DNA of 64,000 bases, taken from an uncultured Eubacteriales bacterium (GTDB lineage: Bacteria; Acidobacteriota; Aminicenantia; Aminicenantales; Saccharicenantaceae). Under the pieces are notes generated by a model. That model was not told the origin of the DNA. It was given only the letters and a program-made list of their open reading frames with translations, and did not search any database. Position 1 is the stretch's first letter. The number at the start of each line of letters is the position of its first letter. Both the position numbers and the translations under genes were made by a program. The DNA lies in contig CAZFZU010000006.1 of the NCBI GenBank assembly GCA_964523615.1, positions 3,761 to 67,760 of the forward strand, written 5' to 3'. This document shows positions 57,193-64,000 of the stretch, piece after piece.

Positions 57193-57246
57193 GAGGTTAG
57201 CGACGGCTCCGTCCTTCCGGAAACGCGCAGGAAAGAGGTGAACGCG

Positions 57247-58419
57247 ATGCCCGTGATCAGGAAGTTGGCCTGCCGCAGGATCCTCAACTCCCACGTCGAG
57301 TTCACCAACGAGTTCGTCGTCGAGCTCGCCGACGGGGCCATCGGCCTCGGAGGCTCGCCGCAGGGCGAGACCATCAGCATCTATGAGGACAAGAGGACGG
57401 GGATAGGCCCCGAGACGGTCGTCCGGAAGCTCGAAGCGGCCGGCGTCCTCGGCCGCGAGATCGATCAGGCGGGATTCGACGCCGTCCTGGAGAGCGAGAT
57501 CCCCCATATCGGCAGGAACAACGCCTTCGGCCTGTCGCTGGCTTTCTTCAACGCGACGCGAGAGACCCGGACGCTCGCCGAGCTCTTCGGGCGGCCTCCG
57601 GCCCCGCTGGCCCCGCCGCGACTGTGCCTGAACATCCTCAACGGGGGCTGGCACGCCTACACCAATCCGGTCTTGAGCGATTTCCACGAGTACATCCTGG
57701 TCGCCAAGAGCACCGATATCGCGGCCGTCATCGCGGACCACAACGAGATCCAGAGGACGGTGAGGGACAAGCTTCTCGGCCAGTCCAAAACGGTCGTCTC
57801 GGGCCATCCGGTCAACCGTTTCGCCACCGCCGACAACCGGGAATGCATCGATTTCCTGCTCAAGGTCCGGGACGGCCTGGGCCTCGCGGACAAGTACGAT
57901 CTCATGATCGACGCCTCGGCCGGGGACCTCTGGTCCGACGGGGGATACCGGCTGCCCATCACCGACGGCTCGGTCCGGACCCCGGAACAGTTCCACGGCT
58001 ATTGGCTGGACATCATCCGCGAGTACGGGCTGCGCCTCCTCGAGGACCCCTTCCGCGAGCAGGACCCGGAGAGCTGGACCGGGCTCACGACCGCCCAGGG
58101 GTCCTGCTGGACCATCGGGGACAATTTCTATTCGTCGAGCGCCGCGCGGATCGAGGAAGGCGCGGCTCACCGCCGCACGCACGGGGCCGTCATCAAGCCC
58201 AATCAGGCCGGGACCGTCACGGCCGTCCGGCGGGCCGTCGAGGCTTGCCGCAAGACCGGTCAGGTCGCCATCACGTCCCACCGGTCCATCAGCACCGAAG
58301 AGACCTTCATCTCCACGCTCACCTGCCTGTCCGGCGTCGGGTATATCAAGATCGGCCCGCTGGCGACGGATTACTCGTCGGTCGTCCGGTTGAACGCGAT
58401 CATCAGGCTCACGGAGTAG
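57247..58419 (+). CDS. Divergent enolase-superfamily protein (not canonical Eno)
   Basis: LNILNGG.H, MIDASA, LLEDP, IGDN, IKPNQAG, SHRS, IKIG retained; PSGAST, GDEGG and RSER motifs missing. Confidence 0.85.
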   Translation: MPVIRKLACRRILNSHVEFTNEFVVELADGAIGLGGSPQGETISIYEDKRTGIGPETVVRKLEAAGVLGREIDQAGFDAVLESEIPHIGRNNAFGLSLAFFNATRETRTLAELFGRPPAPLAPPRLCLNILNGGWHAYTNPVLSDFHEYILVAKSTDIAAVIADHNEIQRTVRDKLLGQSKTVVSGHPVNRFATADNRECIDFLLKVRDGLGLADKYDLMIDASAGDLWSDGGYRLPITDGSVRTPEQFHGYWLDIIREYGLRLLEDPFREQDPESWTGLTTAQGSCWTIGDNFYSSSAARIEEGAAHRRTHGAVIKPNQAGTVTAVRRAVEACRKTGQVAITSHRSISTEETFISTLTCLSGVGYIKIGPLATDYSSVVRLNAIIRLTE

Positions 58420-58425
58420 GCCCCC

Positions 58426-59052
58426 ATGCCGGTCCAAACCACCATCAGCACCATGCGGCACGCCCACACCCGTTACAACGCCGAGAAACGGTACGCCGGG
58501 ACCATCGACATCCCCCTGAGCCCGCTCGGCGTGCGGGACGCCCGCAGGGCGGCGGCGAAGCTGGCCGGGACGGGCTTCGACGTGGTCCTGACCTCGACGC
58601 AGAAAAGGGCCTATCAGACGGCCGAGATCCTCGTGGGGGACAGGGTCCGCATCGTCCGGAACAAGCTCTGCAACGAGCGCCGGTTCGGCGTGATGGAAGG
58701 ATTGACCTGGGACGACATCCAAACCCTCGATCCTCCCATCCTCATGATCCGGGTCGGGGCGGACCTGCACACCGTGAATCCCCGCGGCGGCGAACCGTTC
58801 GAGGAGGTCTGGGAGAGGGCCAGGAAGTTCCGCCGGTTCGTTTTCGAGAAGTACGCCGGCTCGAACGTCCTCGTCGTCTCCCATGGCGTGTTCCTGCAGA
58901 TGTTCCACGGCGTTCTCAGGGGTTTGAATTGCATCGAATCCCTGGCCAGCTATCCGGCCAACCTCGAGATGTCCCGGTTCCGCTTCGCCGGCCGCCGTCT
59001 GACGGACGAGGAAGTCGTCAGGCTGTCCGACGCCGTTCTCTTCAAATGGTAG
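58426..59052 (+). CDS. Histidine phosphatase (phosphoglycerate mutase) family protein
   Basis: RHAHT (RHG variant), S...RAYQTA, NERRFG, VSHG. Confidence 0.9.
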   Translation: MPVQTTISTMRHAHTRYNAEKRYAGTIDIPLSPLGVRDARRAAAKLAGTGFDVVLTSTQKRAYQTAEILVGDRVRIVRNKLCNERRFGVMEGLTWDDIQTLDPPILMIRVGADLHTVNPRGGEPFEEVWERARKFRRFVFEKYAGSNVLVVSHGVFLQMFHGVLRGLNCIESLASYPANLEMSRFRFAGRRLTDEEVVRLSDAVLFKW

Positions 59053-59073
59053 GACAGGCGGCCGAACGCCGCC

Positions 59074-59964
59074 TCACAGGAGCTTGGCCGGCAGACGGAG
59101 CAGGTCCCCCATGGTGGCCTGGGCCAGGTCGGTCAGATAGGTGTCGATCCCCCCGTTCGGAGAGAAGGTCATCTCGCCGAAATAGGCCCGGCCGCCGACG
59201 CTGAAGAAGTCCATGCGGACGAAGGGGAACGGCTTCGAAAGCGCCTCGGCCGCCGCGATGATCTCGTCGTAGGCGTCCGGCTTGGGGATGTCCCGGTTGG
59301 CCAGGAGGCTCGTCTTGCTGTAGGCCAGCTTGTTCGCCCAGCCCAGGTCGTAGAAATCGTAATTCGCCCTCTTCTCGTTCCTGTCCGTACAGGCCATGGT
59401 GCAGTGGGCCCGGCCGTCGAAGCAATAGACCTTGTAATCGTTGACCGGCTTGCCGGAGGGTTCCTGGAGATAGGCCTCGCAGATGATCCGGGGGACGATC
59501 GACGCGTAGTGGAGCTCCCCCACGATCTGGCTGATGTCGGTCCTCATCCACGCGCGCAGCTTGTCCTTCGTGGCTTCGATGTCGAGGCGGGCCTTGTCCT
59601 TGCAGAAAATGTTGAAGCCGCACCCGTGCGTGGCCTTCAGGACGAACTGGTCCGGCAGCCGGCCGAAATCGATCTCGTCGACGTGGGCGTAGACTCCGTA
59701 CAGCTCTTTCAGCAGACGGCCCAGGCCGTTCTCCTCAAGGTAGGAGCGGACGGCGTATTTGTCGGCGCACCGGACCTTGAGCGGATGCCGCCAATAGAGA
59801 TTGAGCCAGAGGAGCTTTTCGTCGAACGACCTCGGGTCCTTGATGTCGAGCCACTTGCCGGTCGCCCGATGATAGCGATACTGGGTCAACAGCAGAGGCG
59901 AGACCCGGAGCATGCCCCGGACCAGCAGCTCGCCGAGCCTTTCCTTGAACCGGCGCGCGGCCAT
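59074..59964 (-). CDS. TupA-like ATP-grasp protein
   Basis: FDEKL.WL, ADKYAVR, FVLKATHGCG, IICE, DYKVYCFDG, FVRMDF, FGEMTFSP. Confidence 0.9.
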   Translation of the reverse strand: MAARRFKERLGELLVRGMLRVSPLLLTQYRYHRATGKWLDIKDPRSFDEKLLWLNLYWRHPLKVRCADKYAVRSYLEENGLGRLLKELYGVYAHVDEIDFGRLPDQFVLKATHGCGFNIFCKDKARLDIEATKDKLRAWMRTDISQIVGELHYASIVPRIICEAYLQEPSGKPVNDYKVYCFDGRAHCTMACTDRNEKRANYDFYDLGWANKLAYSKTSLLANRDIPKPDAYDEIIAAAEALSKPFPFVRMDFFSVGGRAYFGEMTFSPNGGIDTYLTDLAQATMGDLLRLPAKLL

Positions 59965-59966
59965 GG

Positions 59967-60947
59967 TCAGACCCATTCCGGGTTCGAGCCCCACTTTTCG
60001 CCGAGGGTCTCGTCCAAGCTGAAGATATCGAAGGAGCGGAAGAGTTCGACGCCGACGGGATAGGGCGTGAGCTCTCCGAAGTAGATCCTATCCTGGAGAC
60101 TGTAGAGGTCGACCCTGATGAAATTGAAACCCACGGCCAGGGACTCCGCCAAGCTCAGCATGGCGGCGAGGTTCCGCGGCTTGGGGGGATCGATGTTGTG
60201 CTGCTTGAAGCCCGGCCTGAAACGGAGCCGGACGAAATCCCTGTCGACGGAGACGGACCTCGGGTTCTTGTGCCTGTCGAGGTGGACCGTGATGAGCTCC
60301 GTGCGTCCCGAGAAACAGTAGAACTTGTAATCGACCGGCGGCTGGCCGTGGTCGTCGATGAATTCCTCGATGAGGATCATCGGCTTGATGTTCTTATAGC
60401 CCCAGGCGATCCCCAAGTAGGTGTCCTCCGCGTAATTCTCCGAGAGCCACTTCTTGAGCTGCGCGGCGATGGCCGCGCGGTCGGCCCGGGCCTTGTCGGT
60501 GACCAGGACATTGTAACGGCAACCGTGGTTCGTCTTGATCACGAACCGGTCCGGCAGCCGGTCGTAGGGGATGGCCTCGGGGGTTTCCCCGCTCCACAGG
60601 AGGGGGATGAGGTTGTCGGTCCCCACTTTCTCGGCGACATAGCCGCGGACGAGGCGTTTATCGGAGATCGTGGTCAGGAGCGGGTGCCGGGACATCAGCA
60701 TCCGGCTCCAGAGCTTTTCTCCGAAACGGCGGGGCCGGACGAAATCCGGCCAATACCGGTAGACGACGAGAAAGGCGAGCCCGACCATCCCGCGCAACAG
60801 CGGATCGGCGGGCTTGTCCTTCAGGAAGAGGCGGGCGTAGGCCCGGACGAGCGGGTAATAGACCGAGTTGAAGAGCTTCTTCGAGTATTCGACATAGATC
60901 AAGACGGTCTGGATGCTCCCTGTCGCGATGCGTTCAGACGGCCCCAT
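59967..60947 (-). CDS. TupA-like ATP-grasp protein
   Basis: FGEKL, SDKRLVR, FVIKTNHGC, DYKFYCF, FIRVDLY, FGELTPYP; start uncertain. Confidence 0.88.
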   Translation of the reverse strand: MGPSERIATGSIQTVLIYVEYSKKLFNSVYYPLVRAYARLFLKDKPADPLLRGMVGLAFLVVYRYWPDFVRPRRFGEKLWSRMLMSRHPLLTTISDKRLVRGYVAEKVGTDNLIPLLWSGETPEAIPYDRLPDRFVIKTNHGCRYNVLVTDKARADRAAIAAQLKKWLSENYAEDTYLGIAWGYKNIKPMILIEEFIDDHGQPPVDYKFYCFSGRTELITVHLDRHKNPRSVSVDRDFVRLRFRPGFKQHNIDPPKPRNLAAMLSLAESLAVGFNFIRVDLYSLQDRIYFGELTPYPVGVELFRSFDIFSLDETLGEKWGSNPEWV

Positions 60948-61062
60948 TCTTGACCAGGCGGCGGCAAAAGTCAAGGAGCCCGTCCCGGCCCCCCACCCCG
61001 CGCCGCGTTGCTTTTGCCGTGGTGGGCGGCTATAATCATCCATCACTCGAACGGGGAGGGCC

Positions 61063-61995
61063 ATGGCGCTCGTTAGCATCCTGACGCCTGTTTTCGACGG
61101 GGCCGCCCACCTCCGCGCCTGCATCGAAAGCGTCCTCGGACAGACCTACCGGGACTGGGAATACGTCATCGTCGACAACTGCAGCCGGGACGCGACCCCC
61201 GACATCATCCGCGAATACGCCCGGCGGGACCCGAGGATCCGGATCGTCACCAATCGCTCGTTCGTCGGCATCATCGAGAACCACAACATCGCCTTCGCCG
61301 AGATGAGCCCGAACGCCGCCTATTGCAAGGTCGTCCAGGCCGACGACTGGATCTATCCCGAATGCGTCGAAAAATTCGTCCGCCTTTGCGAGGCGAACCC
61401 CTCCGTCACTCTCGCGACCGCCTATCGCCTGGACGGCGACACCGTCGGCCTCAAAGGCTTGCCCGAGTCCCAGTCGGTCTTCCCGGGCCGGGAGATCGCC
61501 AGGAGCTTCTTCTACGACGAGCGCCGCGACATCTTCGGGTCCCCGACCTCCTATTTCCTGAGGGCGCGGTCGGTCCGGTCCGATCCCCCCTTTTTCAATC
61601 CTTCGAACATGTATGCCGATGTGGAAGCCTGTCTCAAGGCCCTCAGGGACGGGGACCTCGGGTTCATCCACGAGGTCTTGACTTTCACCCGAAGGCCGGC
61701 GGACGCGCAGACGCCCAAGAGCCACTATCTGCGGATGACCTATCCGTCGTACCTGTGGATCATGAGGAACCACGGGAGGGATTTCTTGACCGAAGCGGAA
61801 GTGGACGAGCTCGTCGAACGACATCTCCGGACCTACTACCGGATGCTGGCTCGCGATCTGGTCAACTTCCGGCGGAATTGGGGCTTCTGGCGCTTCCATT
61901 TCCGGACCTTGCGGGAGGTCGGGCATCCGTTCGATCCGTTCCGCTTCCTGGCCGCGCTGGCGCGCCTGCCCGGAGAGAAGTGGCCGGCAGCGTAA
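61063..61995 (+). CDS. Glycosyltransferase family 2
   Basis: SILTPVFDG, IVDNCSRD, QADD; promoter TTGCTT-17-TATAAT at 61008-61036. Confidence 0.92.
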   Translation: MALVSILTPVFDGAAHLRACIESVLGQTYRDWEYVIVDNCSRDATPDIIREYARRDPRIRIVTNRSFVGIIENHNIAFAEMSPNAAYCKVVQADDWIYPECVEKFVRLCEANPSVTLATAYRLDGDTVGLKGLPESQSVFPGREIARSFFYDERRDIFGSPTSYFLRARSVRSDPPFFNPSNMYADVEACLKALRDGDLGFIHEVLTFTRRPADAQTPKSHYLRMTYPSYLWIMRNHGRDFLTEAEVDELVERHLRTYYRMLARDLVNFRRNWGFWRFHFRTLREVGHPFDPFRFLAALARLPGEKWPAA

Positions 61996-62014
61996 GGGCG
62001 GACGGTCGACCGGG

Positions 62015-63373
62015 CTAATTCTCGATCAAGAAGCTCTTCAAGCTGTCCATGTTCAAGGGGCCTTCCTTCTTCATGAGAATGCGGCCCACGGACAGGATCA
62101 GGAACCCGTTCATGACCGCCCCCACGAGGGCGTAGGCCATGACGGTCTGATAAGCAGAGAGAAAAAGCCCCCCGAGGACGAGCGCCGCTGTCCGGGCGGC
62201 GAGAAGCCCGATGTCGTAGAAGAAGACGAAGCGTTGGATCCTGATGATCCGGCCGAAGAGGACCGCCGGCAGGTTGCAGAAGACGACGGCCATCCAGATC
62301 ATCAGGCTGCGCGAAAGCTCGCCGGCCGTTTCCCATTGCGCCCCGAAGACCCAGGCGAACAATTGAGGCGCCCAGATGAGAATGACGGCCGTCGGCACGA
62401 GGACCAGGGCCAGGAGGGTGGCGGTGACTTTGACGTAGAGGGCCGCCAAGCTGCGGCCCTGGTGTTGGCTTTCGCTGGCTTTCTGGAACAAGACCTGGCG
62501 CAGGGAGCTCAGGATGAAGCCCATCGGGAAGGTCAGCACGGTCATGGCGAACGCGTAGGCCCCCGCGATGGGCAATCCGAAGAAGCGGGTCAACAACAGG
62601 ACCGGGAGCCCCGCGGACACGGCGTTGATGACGTTCTGGGACGCCGAATAGACGGGGAAGTCCCGGTATTCCTTGGCCAGCTTGGCCAAGCCGGCCCGGC
62701 GAGTCTTCGCCAAAAGGGCTGGGAGGTCCGGGCGCAGGACCTTGACGAGGTTGACGCTCGCCGCCGCGTTGCCCAGGATATTGGCGACGATCAGGCCGGG
62801 GGCGCCGAGCTTGAGGACGCCGAACCCGATGCTCGCGCCCTTGCCGGCCAGGCTCCGGATCACCTGTGACGAGGACGTCTCTTTGAAGGCCTTGGTCCGG
62901 ACGGCCCAGGCCTGGCAGGCGTAATTCAGCCCGCTGATGAGCGTGGAGAGCACCAACAGGGCCAGGGGCCAGAAGCCCGCGGTCTTCATGAGGCCGTTCA
63001 CGGCCGCAGGGGCGATCACACAGGCGACGAGAGTCGCCAGGCCGACGGCCGCGGTACAGACGAAGGAGATGGCCAACAGGCCCAGAGCGTCCTCTCTCTC
63101 CTTCGGCAGCATGACCGCTTGGCTGTAATCCAGGGTCACGCCCGCGGCGATGATGCCGGCGAGCGCGCCGAAGGAACCCGCGATCCCGAAGTCGGACGGG
63201 GTGAAGAGACGGCTGATGACGGGCGCCAGGCCCATGCTGATGACCTGGGCGATCCCCGTGCCGGCCATGACGACGAGGATGTTCTTGAAGAAGACCGAGG
63301 CCTTGACCTTGCCGGTCAGCTCCCGGAGATAGGATCGCTTCGCTCGGGCATCGGGGAGAGAGGATCGGCTCAT
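62015..63373 (-). CDS. wzx: Oligosaccharide flippase (Wzx/MOP family)
   Basis: GTGIAQ...P.ISRLFTP.DFG; many TM segments; YRDFP.YS. Confidence 0.85.
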   Translation of the reverse strand: MSRSSLPDARAKRSYLRELTGKVKASVFFKNILVVMAGTGIAQVISMGLAPVISRLFTPSDFGIAGSFGALAGIIAAGVTLDYSQAVMLPKEREDALGLLAISFVCTAAVGLATLVACVIAPAAVNGLMKTAGFWPLALLVLSTLISGLNYACQAWAVRTKAFKETSSSQVIRSLAGKGASIGFGVLKLGAPGLIVANILGNAAASVNLVKVLRPDLPALLAKTRRAGLAKLAKEYRDFPVYSASQNVINAVSAGLPVLLLTRFFGLPIAGAYAFAMTVLTFPMGFILSSLRQVLFQKASESQHQGRSLAALYVKVTATLLALVLVPTAVILIWAPQLFAWVFGAQWETAGELSRSLMIWMAVVFCNLPAVLFGRIIRIQRFVFFYDIGLLAARTAALVLGGLFLSAYQTVMAYALVGAVMNGFLILSVGRILMKKEGPLNMDSLKSFLIEN

Positions 63374-64000
63374 GGGCCCGCGGCCACCTCTCCGTCCGGC
63401 GCCTCAAGGGTCCCAGGCCCCCGACGCGCTCTCGTCGAGGAACAGATCGTGAAAAAGAGGAGGATCGCGGTCGACTGCGCGGTGAAGGTATCGATGGAGG
63501 ATTCCCCGATATTATGGACCAGGACCACGACCAGATACCAGATCCAAAGGAGCGCCCAGTAGAGGTCGCGAGAGAGCTCCCGGTGGGCTTTCCGGCACGA
63601 AGACAGCAGGAACAGGGCGACGAGGAGCAATCCGGCGAGGCCCGTCCCTATGAGGACGTCCAGATAGCCGCTGTGAGCGCCGCTGATCTTGAAGGCATCC
63701 CTGGTTCGGGACGTCCAGAACCCCCCGAAACCTCGCCCGATGAGCGGGCTGCCCATGACGACCGGCATGAGGGAGGCCCAGACCTGGGTCCGGCCGGTCA
63801 AAGTGGCGTCGCGGCCCGCGGTGGAGGCGAAGAAACCGATGGTCGACCCGCTGATGAAGACCGTGACGACGCCGAAAAGCACGATGAACGCGGTCAACGC
63901 CATCAGCCAGCCGGCCTTGACGCGTTTCCCGGCCTTCTCGCGGGCGTAGATGCCGGCCGCGATCAGCAGGCCGGCCAGAAAAGCGTAGATCGAAGTGGCG
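63370..64000 (-). CDS. O-antigen ligase/polymerase (Wzy_C) family protein, 5' part outside window
   Basis: Frame stays open to the window edge; TLTGRT..W, GRGFGGFW, AHSGYLDVL. Confidence 0.85.
   Translation of the reverse strand, partial: ATSIYAFLAGLLIAAGIYAREKAGKRVKAGWLMALTAFIVLFGVVTVFISGSTIGFFASTAGRDATLTGRTQVWASLMPVVMGSPLIGRGFGGFWTSRTRDAFKISGAHSGYLDVLIGTGLAGLLLVALFLLSSCRKAHRELSRDLYWALLWIWYLVVVLVHNIGESSIDTFTAQSTAILLFFTICSSTRARRGPGTLEAPDGEVAAGP

Noticed and set aside
56167-58908. 913-aa ORF suggesting a large GT2 fusion
   Set aside because: The extension is antisense to the enolase-like and phosphatase genes. The real start is 57078, with a GGAGGA RBS.
57247-59052. Calling these genes eno and gpmA
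   Set aside because: Key enolase motifs are missing, and the phosphatase lacks specific dPGM features that I could verify.

Overview
High-GC bacterial chromosomal window. The gene set is consistent with Acidobacteriota/Ca. Aminicenantia, but that assignment is inference only. I found no rRNA, CRISPR array, integrase or transposase. Layout: (1) 1-1.6 kb: atypical NarL/LuxR regulator (cut by the window edge) and two degenerate PilZ-like genes. (2) 1.7-20.8 kb: housekeeping and envelope genes (proS, pcm, three pseudopilins, pnp, rpsO, an unannotated 53-aa ORF, Tat-lipoprotein D-aminoacylase, M23 peptidase, double ABC module, M24 peptidase, nitroreductase, metallophosphoesterase, skp, PLP aminotransferase), plus a ~300-nt nested inverted-repeat intergenic element. 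(3) 20.9-27.4 kb: a coupled operon of three differently targeted alkaline-phosphatase-superfamily paralogs, a 63-aa RHH-like protein with an 'LGY' tail and an Oxa1-superfamily (DUF106/EMC3-like) membrane protein. (4) 27.5-40.5 kb: class III aminotransferase, rhamnose genes (GH78, rhaA, rhaB) interrupted by a HEAT/HD-GYP pair, a YprB-like nuclease, Zn-ADH and tRNA-Arg(ACG). (5) 40.5-64 kb: an inositol/CDP-inositol module and a surface-polysaccharide locus (glycosyltransferases, Wzx, Wzy_C protein, three ATP-grasp ligases, a PP-loop enzyme, two secreted beta-helix paralogs and a divergent enolase/histidine-phosphatase pair). Best candidates for undescribed systems: the AlkP x3 / RHH-LGY / DUF106-like operon; a possible VpsT-like c-di-GMP regulon marked by a shared 16-bp palindrome; the IPCT-flippase fusion pathway; and the degenerate enolase/phosphatase pair in the glycan locus. 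All family assignments come from motif recognition by eye; no searches were run.
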